DNA of 59,545 nt, from assembly GCA_014190215.1 (NCBI GenBank), contig BJGB01000001.1, forward strand, positions 1 to 59,545. Reading direction: 5' to 3'. Below, one piece after another: positions 15,970 through 25,475 of this stretch; the first letter of the stretch is position 1; the number at the start of each line of letters is the position of its first letter. Below the pieces are notes generated by a model. The model was given only the letters and a program-made list of their open reading frames with translations, had not been told where the DNA came from and made no database searches. The DNA is from Actinomycetes bacterium. Lineage in GTDB: Bacteria; Actinomycetota; Acidimicrobiia; Acidimicrobiales; Ilumatobacteraceae. A program made the translations under genes and the position numbers.

Positions 15970-17985
15970 ATGAAGAAGTTTTCATTATGCGCTTTGTCGG
16001 CGTTGGTGGGTTCTGGATTGGTTATGGGGTTCGCGCCACAGACACCAGTCTTGGCCGCTACGTTGACAAGCGCGACATTGCTAGTACCAACAGCAAATGG
16101 TGCCGTGGGTGATGCTGGATTGGGCGAAGCCTGGGGCGTGGATACAACGCTCGTCGGGACGACCCGCTGGACGGTATTTGAGTCCGGAGCAAGCAACGTC
16201 ATCACCAGCGATACCAATATCGCGTCCGATATTTTTGTGACTAATGGAACCACGGTGACTCGTTTGTCCGTCGCCGCCAATGGAACCGAGGGATCAAACC
16301 TTGCTGCAAGTTATGACCCGAGCATTTGTGCTAGTGGACGCAAAGTCGTCTTCACCACAGACAATGAATGGGACACTACCGATGCCAACGGTTCTCCCGA
16401 CGTGTACGTCATTGACAGAGATGCCGACGAAGACGGCATTATGGACGAATTCAGCCAAGCCAATGCTGTCACACAAACGTTGGTCGGCTCGTCCTACAAC
16501 TCAACGACCGGCGAATACAACATTGCTTTCACCGGCACATCATCTGGAGTCATCAGCGATGATTGCACCAAGGTGGCTTTCGTGACAGACATGGATTTCG
16601 ATTCCGAAGATTTCAACTTCGGTCCCGATGTGTTCGTGCGAGATCTGACATCTCTTGCCACACCGGTTTCCTGGGTAAGCAAGTTTGCAACCAACGGATC
16701 TGTTGGTGGCGGCTTTGTGCCTGCTATCAACTCTGATGGAACGCTTGTTGTGCTGGCCACCGAAGCGACTGATCTTGTAAGTGATACCGGGACTAACGGT
16801 GGTTTGGTGCGCCGTGTCATAGCCTCAAGCGTGAGTTCATACTTGACAAGTAAGCCAAGCGGAGTCTCATCAACAACAGCGCTTGCTGACGGCGAACGTC
16901 CAGCAGCGATGACCCCTGATGGCAAGTGCGTCGCTTTCAAGGCAGACCGCGGGTATGACCTCTTAGCTGGTGCTAGCGGTCCCGCACAGGGAATTTTCCT
17001 GTGGGATAACCGTACTGGAACCGCCGTAATTTCCTTGGTGAGTAAAGACTCACTTGGTATCGCCGCGAGCTCGGCATCGAACCCACGCATTTCGGATGAC
17101 TGTCGTTTCGTGGCTTACGACTCAAACGATGAATTTCTGTCAAGCGAAGACACCAACGGAAAAACCGACGTGTTTTTGCATGATACTTTAGTTGCGACAA
17201 CTGACTTGGTGTCGACTCTGGCCAATGGCAATAGTGCTGACGGCAATAGCAGTGTTGCTGCTCTTGATTGGAATCCGACGACTCGATCTGGAGTCGTACT
17301 CATTACCTCCAACGCCTCAAATATCGGTGGAGCCAGTGGTGCAGGAAGCATCAACCTTTTTTCGGTTCCGTTCTCTGTGGCTGCTGTTGCTGGTGCGCCG
17401 ACGATTGGTACTGTGACTGCGAGTGCCGGCAAATTGACGGTGGCTTTTACGGTACCGTCATCTGATGGTGGTGCGTCGATCACTAACTATGAGTACTCGA
17501 CGAATAATGGTACGACGTGGAAAGCGTTCAGCCCTGCTGTCACGTCATCTCCGTTGGAGATCACCAAGCTTTCAACTAGTACTGCTTCGCTGGTTAATGG
17601 CACCACGTATCAAGTGAAGATTCGTGCTGTGAACTCTGCTGGTAGCGGTGCAGCGAGTGCAGCGAAGTCTGGTAAACCGTTCACGGTTGCTGGTGCGCCG
17701 ACGATTGGTAGCGTGACTGCGAGTACAGGCAAGTTGACTGTGGCTTTTACTGCTCCGTCATCTAATGGTGGTGCGACGATCACTAACTATGAGTACTCGA
17801 CGAATAATGGTACGACGTGGAAAGCGTTCAGCCCTGCTGTCAAGTCAACTCCGTTGGTGATCACCAAGTTGTCAAACAGCACCCAGAAATTGGTGAAGGA
17901 CACCACATATAAAGTCAAGATTCGTGCCGTGAACTCTGCCGGTGGCGGAGCAGCGAGTGCAGTAAAGAGCATTAAAGCTAAGTGA
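15970..17985 (+). CDS. secreted PD40/TolB-like beta-propeller protein with two C-terminal fibronectin type III domains
   Basis: Signal peptide. Repeated S.DG..vaF......g..DVyv.D motifs (PDVYVIDRD, PDVFVRDL, TDVFLHDT). Two FN3-like modules of about 100 aa (ITNYEYSTNNGTTWKAF...YQVKIRAVNSAG). Confidence 0.7.
   Translation: MKKFSLCALSALVGSGLVMGFAPQTPVLAATLTSATLLVPTANGAVGDAGLGEAWGVDTTLVGTTRWTVFESGASNVITSDTNIASDIFVTNGTTVTRLSVAANGTEGSNLAASYDPSICASGRKVVFTTDNEWDTTDANGSPDVYVIDRDADEDGIMDEFSQANAVTQTLVGSSYNSTTGEYNIAFTGTSSGVISDDCTKVAFVTDMDFDSEDFNFGPDVFVRDLTSLATPVSWVSKFATNGSVGGGFVPAINSDGTLVVLATEATDLVSDTGTNGGLVRRVIASSVSSYLTSKPSGVSSTTALADGERPAAMTPDGKCVAFKADRGYDLLAGASGPAQGIFLWDNRTGTAVISLVSKDSLGIAASSASNPRISDDCRFVAYDSNDEFLSSEDTNGKTDVFLHDTLVATTDLVSTLANGNSADGNSSVAALDWNPTTRSGVVLITSNASNIGGASGAGSINLFSVPFSVAAVAGAPTIGTVTASAGKLTVAFTVPSSDGGASITNYEYSTNNGTTWKAFSPAVTSSPLEITKLSTSTASLVNGTTYQVKIRAVNSAGSGAASAAKSGKPFTVAGAPTIGSVTASTGKLTVAFTAPSSNGGATITNYEYSTNNGTTWKAFSPAVKSTPLVITKLSNSTQKLVKDTTYKVKIRAVNSAGGGAASAVKSIKAK
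17386..17985 (+). repeat. tandem 300-nt duplication encoding the two FN3 modules
   Basis: gttgctggtgcgccgacgattggt recurs at 17386 and 17686. Long runs of identical nucleotides (e.g. atcactaactatgagtactcgacgaataatggtacgacgtggaaagcgttcagccctgctgtc) occur in both copies. Confidence 0.9.
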
Positions 17986-18018
17986 GTTAACGAATTCTCA
18001 TAGTTGAGCCATGTAACG

Positions 18019-18062
18019 ATGGGCTGGGTGTCGAGTGAAAGCTTGATACTCAGCCCATTTTG
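18019..18062 (+). terminator. candidate rho-independent terminator after the FN3 gene
   Basis: ATGGGCTG (18019-18026) pairs with CAGCCCAT (18051-18058) and is followed by TTT-GG-TT. The loop is long (24 nt), so this is only moderately convincing. Confidence 0.4.
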
Positions 18063-18094
18063 GTTCTGATGATCAACGCAGGTAGCGAGTAGCG

Positions 18095-19192
18095 TTGACT
18101 GGCGTGAGGGAACTACGTATCGGTGTCGTTGGTACGGGGTTGATGGGTTGCGAGCATATTCGCAATGTTCTGGCACTAGATGGGGCTCAGATCACCGCCG
18201 TCAGTGATCCTCATGAGACATCATTGGTGTGGGCTCAAAAGAATCTCGGTGAGAGTGCTTGCGATGTGGGTATGTTTGGCGATCATCGCGATCTGCTCGC
18301 CTCAGGTCTGATTGATGCGGTGATCGTGGCCTCACCTAATTTCACCCACGTTGATGTCCTGCGTGATGTCCTGGCGACTGAGATTCCCGTCTTAGTCGAG
18401 AAACCCATGTGCACGTCCATTAGGGACTGTCAGGCAATCGTTGTGGCGGCAGAGAATCGCTCAGCGATCACATGGGTTGGACTCGAATATCGTTACATGG
18501 CTCCCATAGCGAAACTTTTAGAGGTGATTCGTTCGGGGGAACTTGGTGAGTTGAAAATGCTTGCAATTCGCGAGCACCGATTTCCTTTTTTAGTCAAGGT
18601 TGATAACTGGAATCGTTTCTCTCGAAATACGGGTGGGACTCTCGTCGAGAAGTGCTGCCATTTTTTTGATCTGATGAATCTGGCAATTGGAGCCCGACCC
18701 CTGCGGGTGTATGCCAGTGGGGGACAAGATGTCAATCATCTCGATGAGATCTACGAAAATGAACGTGCGGATATTCTCGACAATGCTTTTGTGATTGTTG
18801 ATTACGCCAATGGGGTGCGTGCCAGTTTGGATTTATGTATGTTCGCCGAGGCTGGGCGCAATGAACAAGAGATCGTCGCTGTGGGCTCGCTGGGTAAGGC
18901 TGAGACATCTCTACCGGGAGATGGACAGGTATATGTCGGTCATCGCTCAGATCGAGTCGTGACACCGCATCTGGCCACCATGGATGCAAGTGTCGCTCAT
19001 GCTGGGTTTCACTTTGGAGCCAGTTTCATTGAAGTAGCGAAGTTTTGCGAAGCCGTACGTGATGGGCGGCCACCTGAGGTCGGCGTGCGTGACGGATTAT
19101 GGTCGGTAGTCATTGGGGCGGCGGCCCATCGCTCAATCGACGAACAGCGATCAGTCTTGATCAGCGAATACAACCTTGATCGAAATGATTAG
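18095..19192 (+). CDS. Gfo/Idh/MocA family oxidoreductase
   Basis: RIGVVGTGLMGCEHIRN Rossmann start, the EKP motif (VLVEKPM), and a C-terminal alpha/beta domain typical of the family. Confidence 0.85.
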   Translation: MTGVRELRIGVVGTGLMGCEHIRNVLALDGAQITAVSDPHETSLVWAQKNLGESACDVGMFGDHRDLLASGLIDAVIVASPNFTHVDVLRDVLATEIPVLVEKPMCTSIRDCQAIVVAAENRSAITWVGLEYRYMAPIAKLLEVIRSGELGELKMLAIREHRFPFLVKVDNWNRFSRNTGGTLVEKCCHFFDLMNLAIGARPLRVYASGGQDVNHLDEIYENERADILDNAFVIVDYANGVRASLDLCMFAEAGRNEQEIVAVGSLGKAETSLPGDGQVYVGHRSDRVVTPHLATMDASVAHAGFHFGASFIEVAKFCEAVRDGRPPEVGVRDGLWSVVIGAAAHRSIDEQRSVLISEYNLDRND

Positions 19193-20010
19193 CTTTCGTT
19201 GATTCTGATCGATTCAATCTTGATTTCTTGAAGCGGTGGTGTGCCATTGGCACCCGGGTCAGGGTTGCCAGCTGCATCAAGAGCGACGACCGTCGTATCA
19301 AGACCATCAGTGACTTGACCGAACAAGGTGTAATTCGGCGGCAACGAAACACCCTGATCGCCACTGATCACAAAAAACTGACTTCCGTTGGTATCTGCAC
19401 CAGAGTTAGCCATGGCCAGAGAGCCAATCTTGTATTCGCCAGCGGCCGGCAATTCATCCGCGAACTTGTAACCAGGTCCACCTGAACCAGTTGCAGTGGG
19501 GTCACCACACTGAATCATGAAGCCAGGAATGGCACGGTGACACGTGGTGCCATCGAAGTACTGATGTCGTGCCAAGTTGACAAAGTTGTTGACGGTGCCG
19601 GGGGCTTTCACGGGGTCAAGAATCGCGGTGTACTCACCCATATTGGTGATCACCGTTGCTGTGTAAGTTTTGCTGGGATCAATGCACAGTGCGAATGCGT
19701 CGGCGAACTCTTGAGTCTGAGTTGTGGCACCCTCAAGCGGGGCGCACTCGGTTGTCCCATAGGCAAATTCGCCGGGAGCCGTTGTGTCGTCAGGTGTGGT
19801 GTCGACTGGTGTTGAGGTGTCGCTGGGAATTGTGGTGTCTACTGCCTCAGTTGTTGCTGGAGCAGAGTCGTCGTCTTTAGTGGACAAAGCAATGGCAAAG
19901 AAACCTGCCACAAGGACGGCCACAACAAGCACGATGCGTATCGTTTTTTTGGTCATTTTCTTGCGTTTGACAGCCCGCATTTCCGCTTCACGGCCCATAT
20001 GACGATTCAT
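19189..20010 (-). CDS. membrane-anchored cyclophilin-type peptidyl-prolyl cis-trans isomerase
   Basis: FHRAIPGFMIQCGDP-type motif (CHRAIPGFMIQCGDPTATGSGGPGYKF) and LAMANSGADTNGSQFFV. N-terminal TM helix. The start is ambiguous (ATGs between 19956 and 20070). Confidence 0.85.
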   Translation of the reverse strand: MNRHMGREAEMRAVKRKKMTKKTIRIVLVVAVLVAGFFAIALSTKDDDSAPATTEAVDTTIPSDTSTPVDTTPDDTTAPGEFAYGTTECAPLEGATTQTQEFADAFALCIDPSKTYTATVITNMGEYTAILDPVKAPGTVNNFVNLARHQYFDGTTCHRAIPGFMIQCGDPTATGSGGPGYKFADELPAAGEYKIGSLAMANSGADTNGSQFFVISGDQGVSLPPNYTLFGQVTDGLDTTVVALDAAGNPDPGANGTPPLQEIKIESIRINES

Positions 20011-20140
20011 CTTTTTACGCTCACGTTTTGCTGTTCCCACGACTATCAAGGTTAGCGGGATCCACCTCAATCGCCTAGTCCGCTGCCACGCGGTAAAACA
20101 ACACTGTCTGAGGGCAACGGACGGGTAACCTCAATGAGTT

Positions 20141-21391
20141 GTGGCGCTAATTGTTCAAAAATACGGAGGTACGTCGGTCGCTGACCCGGATCGTATTCGG
20201 GCTGTAGCCGAACATGTGGCGTTCACCAAGCGCCACGGAAACGATGTCGTGGTAGTTGTCTCGGCGATGGGCAAGTCCACAGACAATCTCATCAAACTGG
20301 CTAATGATGTCTCGGGAGTTCAGCCCTCACGTGAACTCGACATGCTGTTGAGCACTGGTGAGCGGATCTCGATGACTTTGGTGTGTATGGCGCTTGCCGG
20401 AGTCGGCATTGATGCCATTAGTTTCACGGGCAGTCAGGTGGGAATCATCACGGACACTGTGCACACCAAGGCAAAAATTTTGGAGATTAAAGGTGATCGC
20501 GTGCGCGAAGCTTTGGCACAAGGCAAGGTCTGTGTCGTGGCTGGTTTTCAAGGCGTGAGCACTGAAAAAGAAATCACCACACTTGGTCGTGGTGGTTCAG
20601 ACACCACCGCAGTGGCCTTGGCTGCCGCTTTAGGCGCCGACAGTTGTGAGATCTATACCGATGTCACGGGTGTTTTTAGCGCTGACCCGCGCATAGTTCC
20701 GCAAGCGCGCAAATTGCAGTCAATCAACTTTGAAGAAATGCTGGAAATGGCTGGGGCAGGGAGCAAAGTTTTAGCTCTGCGATCAGTTGAGTTTGCCCGT
20801 AACCACAATGTCCCGATCCAAGTTCGTTCCAGTTTCACATGGGAGCCTGGAACATGGATCACGAGTCAGGAGCCCTCGATGGAAGATCCCATCATCTCGA
20901 GCGTCGTCACAGATGTCAGTGAAGCCAAGGTCACGGTTCGCAAGGTCCCCGACCGACCCGGTATTTCGGCATCGTTATTCGAACCATTAGCGCAAGCCAA
21001 TGTCAACGTGGACATGATTGTTCAAAACACATCTACCGATGGGACGACCGACATCAGTTTCACTGTGCCCAAGGCAGATATGAAGGTGGCAATTGGGATT
21101 GTTGAGTCAGTGGCTAAACAGATTGGTGCTGCCGGCATTGCTCAAGATGATGCCATCGCAAAAATTTCACTCGTTGGTGCTGGGATGAAGACGAGTCCGG
21201 GTATCGCTGCCAAAATGTTCCGCGTTCTTGCCGACAGTGATGTGAACATCGAGATGATTTCCACTTCCACGATTCGTATTTCTGTTGTTGTGGCTGCCGC
21301 CGATCTCGAAAAGGCTGCTCGCTCACTGCATTCGGCTTTCGGGCTTGATAGTGGGCAGTCCTACAGCGCGCCACTACCTGAGCGCAAATAA
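20141..21391 (+). CDS. ask: aspartate kinase (alpha subunit)
   Basis: GTG start. ALIVQKYGGTSV, VVVVSAMG, two C-terminal ACT domains. Confidence 0.95.
   Translation: MALIVQKYGGTSVADPDRIRAVAEHVAFTKRHGNDVVVVVSAMGKSTDNLIKLANDVSGVQPSRELDMLLSTGERISMTLVCMALAGVGIDAISFTGSQVGIITDTVHTKAKILEIKGDRVREALAQGKVCVVAGFQGVSTEKEITTLGRGGSDTTAVALAAALGADSCEIYTDVTGVFSADPRIVPQARKLQSINFEEMLEMAGAGSKVLALRSVEFARNHNVPIQVRSSFTWEPGTWITSQEPSMEDPIISSVVTDVSEAKVTVRKVPDRPGISASLFEPLAQANVNVDMIVQNTSTDGTTDISFTVPKADMKVAIGIVESVAKQIGAAGIAQDDAIAKISLVGAGMKTSPGIAAKMFRVLADSDVNIEMISTSTIRISVVVAAADLEKAARSLHSAFGLDSGQSYSAPLPERK
20879..21391 (+). CDS. ask: aspartate kinase beta subunit (candidate internal in-frame start)
   Basis: The in-frame ATG at 20879 is preceded by AGGAG (7-nt spacer). 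The product begins MEDPIISSVVTDVSEAKVTV, mirroring the known LysC-beta start of Corynebacterium and Mycobacterium. Confidence 0.45.
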   Translation: MEDPIISSVVTDVSEAKVTVRKVPDRPGISASLFEPLAQANVNVDMIVQNTSTDGTTDISFTVPKADMKVAIGIVESVAKQIGAAGIAQDDAIAKISLVGAGMKTSPGIAAKMFRVLADSDVNIEMISTSTIRISVVVAAADLEKAARSLHSAFGLDSGQSYSAPLPERK

Positions 21392-21428
21392 ATTTTCGGC
21401 TTTCAGCCGCGACAAGACATCTAATTAA

Positions 21429-22487
<1,059 letters not shown>

Positions 22488-22494
22488 AAATCAG

Positions 22495-22773
22495 TCAGCA
22501 GGTGCAGGGGAGTGCCGAACATGTGGGGCATCCGTTGGCGTAGCGCGCAACACACTTCTCAAGGTCGACGCCCATCTGATTAGCCAACGTCGCAACCCAC
22601 GCCAAGACATCGCCGAACTCATGCTCTTGTTGCGCCAAATTTCCCTTGCGCACTGCTTGGGCTAACTCGCCCACTTCTTCGGCCAACCAAGCCACCGTTG
22701 ACGGCACCCCGCGGGCTCGATCGCGTTCGCCGTATGTACGTTCGATGATGTCTTGAAGTTGAGAGATGTTCAC
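22495..22773 (-). CDS. MazG-like nucleotide pyrophosphohydrolase domain protein
   Basis: LAEEVGELAQAV...EFGDVLAWVATLANQMGVDLE is the EExxE/ExxD helix pair of the MazG fold. Cys-rich tail CPTCSALPCTC. Confidence 0.75.
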   Translation of the reverse strand: MNISQLQDIIERTYGERDRARGVPSTVAWLAEEVGELAQAVRKGNLAQQEHEFGDVLAWVATLANQMGVDLEKCVARYANGCPTCSALPCTC

Positions 22774-22837
22774 ACCTTCACCGTAGAGCGAAATGAGCCA
22801 GTAAACGACACATCCCCACGCCGAAGCAACGGGTTAT

Positions 22838-22915
22838 TGGTCGGGGTGAGAGGATTTGAACCTCCGGCCTCCACGTCCCGAACGTGGCGCGCTAGCCAAG
22901 CTGCGCTACACCCCG
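22838..22915 (-). tRNA. tRNA-Pro (anticodon CGG), CCA encoded
   Basis: The reverse complement CGGGGTGTAGCGCAGCTTGGCTAGCGCGCCACGTTCGGGACGTGGAGGCCGGAGGTTCAAATCCTCTCACCCCGACCA folds as a cloverleaf. The anticodon loop is TTCGGGA. Confidence 0.9.
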
Positions 22916-22932
22916 CGGTGTAGATCGTGAGA

Positions 22933-23385
22933 CTATCCCGCGGTTGCGGGCTCAGCCTCGGGTACTTCGGTGTTCTCAGATACTGGCTCATCCACTGTCG
23001 GCAATCCTTCAGCGAAACAACCACCGCCAGCGATGGCCTTGCTGGCCCGTCGCAAACGTAAAGGATCAAGTGGTTTAATCAGCCAGCCATCAGCTCCACT
23101 GCGACGCGCCATGTGAATATCAGCAGCGCGATCAAGCAACATCAAAATCGGAACATGAGGCAAAGTGCCGCCACTCTCATCGAGGCGTAGATCCATAGTC
23201 ACTGCCACACCACCCATGGTGCCACTCTGTAGATCGAGAATCACTAAGTCGGGAGTACGGGCCTTGACGACACCAACGACAGACCGACCGTCGCGACAAT
23301 GGGTGAAAGTTGTTTCAGGTCCGCCGAGGGCAGCGACGACATCGTCGACCAACCAGTCAGCATCAGTAGCCAGGATCACATGCAC
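22933..23385 (-). CDS. stand-alone response regulator receiver domain protein
   Basis: Acidic pocket (ATDAD), phospho-acceptor context DLVILDL, conserved GADGWLIKP. No output domain. Confidence 0.8.
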   Translation of the reverse strand: MHVILATDADWLVDDVVAALGGPETTFTHCRDGRSVVGVVKARTPDLVILDLQSGTMGGVAVTMDLRLDESGGTLPHVPILMLLDRAADIHMARRSGADGWLIKPLDPLRLRRASKAIAGGGCFAEGLPTVDEPVSENTEVPEAEPATAG

Positions 23386-23395
23386 GATTTAAACG

Positions 23396-24511
23396 CTACC
23401 TCGTGGTCGTGGTCGCCACGAGATCGCGTCCCAGTTCGGCTATCGCCTCGAGGTCATGGACATCCTCGGCTCGTTGGTATAGGCGCACAACGACGGCCCC
23501 CGAGGAGCGTTCGAGAAGGGGTTTGAGGGCGTTTTCCTGAGCTTCGGCGAGGCCTCGCAGGTGGGCCAAGTTGCGATACAGGACCGCCACCGCTGAGTCA
23601 CCGGTTTTGTCGGCCTTTCGGGCCGCGGTCAGAGAGGCGGCTGAGGATCCTTTGCCGAATGGGGGTTGCAATCGATTGAGAATGACTCCCGTGATATTGA
23701 TATTCGCCTCGGCCAACTGCTCGGTGAAATAGATCGCCTCTTGGATGGTGTCGTTGTGAGCACAAGCCACGACGATGTATGTACTACTTGAGGATTTCAG
23801 TAATTCTTGGACGGCGACACTGCGCTGGCGAAAGCCCTCTTCGATTCCTTCAAAGGCCTGAAAGAAATTGACTGCATCAGCGAGGACATCGGCACCAATG
23901 ACTCGACCGATTGTTTTTAAGATTGGTTGGGCAGCAAAGTTAAGCAATCGCAATCCACCGCGCGCTGGCATGACAAGCCAGCGATACACACGGTGATCAA
24001 GAAAGTTCATCAACTTTTGCGGGGCGTCCAAAAAATCAAGAGCCTCACGTGAAGGTGGCGTGTCAACGACCACGAGATCAAAACGTTCATCGTTAGACAA
24101 TTCATACAACTTTTCGGCTGCCATATATTCTTGGCTCCCCGACAGGCGACTGGCGATATTGCTGTAAAAAGGATTTTCCAGAATTGCTTGCTGTTGCTCA
24201 AGATCGCGTGACTCGCGACGAATCACATCGTCAAAAGTTGATCGAGCGTCCAACATCATTGCCCACAGTTCGCCCGAGCATGCAAGATCAACACGACTTG
24301 GGTCGTTACTTAAACCGTCGAGACCAAGAGCGTCGGCCAAACGCTTAGCGGGGTCAATAGTGATCAACACAACGCGCCGACCAGTATGCGCAGCCTGAAC
24401 AGCAAGGGCAGCAGCAGTGGTCGTTTTGCCAACGCCACCCGAACCACAGCAGACGATAATTCGCGAGGTCGTGATGATGTCACTGAAACTTTGAATCTTC
24501 TTTGGACTCAT
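23396..24511 (-). CDS. ArsA/Get3-like P-loop ATPase
   Basis: CCGSGGVGKTTTAAALA deviant Walker A, DTPPS switch region. Overlaps the upstream paralog by 4 nt. Confidence 0.85.
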   Translation of the reverse strand: MSPKKIQSFSDIITTSRIIVCCGSGGVGKTTTAAALAVQAAHTGRRVVLITIDPAKRLADALGLDGLSNDPSRVDLACSGELWAMMLDARSTFDDVIRRESRDLEQQQAILENPFYSNIASRLSGSQEYMAAEKLYELSNDERFDLVVVDTPPSREALDFLDAPQKLMNFLDHRVYRWLVMPARGGLRLLNFAAQPILKTIGRVIGADVLADAVNFFQAFEGIEEGFRQRSVAVQELLKSSSSTYIVVACAHNDTIQEAIYFTEQLAEANINITGVILNRLQPPFGKGSSAASLTAARKADKTGDSAVAVLYRNLAHLRGLAEAQENALKPLLERSSGAVVVRLYQRAEDVHDLEAIAELGRDLVATTTTR

Positions 24512-25473
24512 GCTGGTTCACCGACGGCTTTTCGCATGATGTCGGCCAAGACCACCACATCGTGTGCCTGAAGCGACGCAGTCGCGATGTGGGGAAGTGC
24601 AAAAGAACCAACAGCCATGTGTCCGTGGACTCTGTCGATTGCCTGGAGGTGCAAAGCAGAGCGAGTGGCGCGATATCTCATTGCATCGCCAAGAACACCG
24701 TCGGGTATTTCACCGTTTGCTACCAGCGAAGAAACTTCTAAAGAAATATCAACTCCATTGACGATCACGGGAGCGAAAGCCACGCCAACTGACTGCGTAA
24801 GTTTTTCAGTGGTCTCAATGAGTTCATTGACGGGTGTGGTCTCCGGAGTTGTCACCATCACAACGCGACATTTCTTCGGGTCCTGCAACATTGAGCGAAC
24901 TTCGATGGCTTGGGAACGCAGTGGTCCACCAGAGATTGTTTGCGCCATGGCCGCAGGGGCCTGTAAAAATGAGATGGCGTGACCGGCGGCTGGACCATCC
25001 ACAATGATGAGATCGTGGTCGCCATCTGGGCCAGTGAGGCCGACCAGATGTTTAAGTTTGCCTAACACCAAGAGGTCGTCAATTCCAGGAGCAGCACTCG
25101 CCACGACTCCGACGACGCCACTCGACACCAAGCGTTTAGCTAACAGAGCCAGACCTTGGGTTGCTAAGTAATCCTGCAGAGCTTCGCCGGCGGTGACAGT
25201 GCGCATCTGGATTGAGCCAGTTTTTCTGGCACCGAGGTGAGTGTGGATCATGGTCCCGTCGTAATCCGCCCCATCCGAGGAGGATCCACCCAGCAATTCG
25301 GCCAACCCTGGGCGAGAGTCAAGGGTCACAACGAGTACCCGAAGTCCGGCGTCGGCTGAGGCTCGCGCTATCACAGCAGTTACGGTTGTCTTGCCGACAC
25401 CACCCTTGCCGGCCACCACGAGCAACCGCGACATGGTGAACATGTGATCTATTTTCTTATTCATCGGAGGCAC
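24508..25473 (-). CDS. ArsA/Get3-like P-loop ATPase (paralogous partner)
   Basis: AGKGGVGKTTVTAVIA Walker A and IIVDGPAAGH. Matches the partner of the paired actinobacterial ATPases (Rv3679/Rv3680 type). Confidence 0.8.
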   Translation of the reverse strand: MPPMNKKIDHMFTMSRLLVVAGKGGVGKTTVTAVIARASADAGLRVLVVTLDSRPGLAELLGGSSSDGADYDGTMIHTHLGARKTGSIQMRTVTAGEALQDYLATQGLALLAKRLVSSGVVGVVASAAPGIDDLLVLGKLKHLVGLTGPDGDHDLIIVDGPAAGHAISFLQAPAAMAQTISGGPLRSQAIEVRSMLQDPKKCRVVMVTTPETTPVNELIETTEKLTQSVGVAFAPVIVNGVDISLEVSSLVANGEIPDGVLGDAMRYRATRSALHLQAIDRVHGHMAVGSFALPHIATASLQAHDVVVLADIMRKAVGEPA

Positions 25474-25475
25474 TC

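Noticed and set aside
22774-22932. tRNA-Pro (and tRNA-Thr at 38983..39057) as possible integration sites for genomic islands.
   Set aside because: I saw no integrase, recombinase or transposase gene, no direct repeat of the tRNA 3' end, and no obvious compositional shift in the flanking genes. The neighbours are conserved housekeeping genes.
22770-23069. 99-aa ORF spanning the tRNA-Pro region.
   Set aside because: It overlaps the tRNA-Pro gene and the 3' end of the response-regulator gene. No coding features. An artefact of the open frame.
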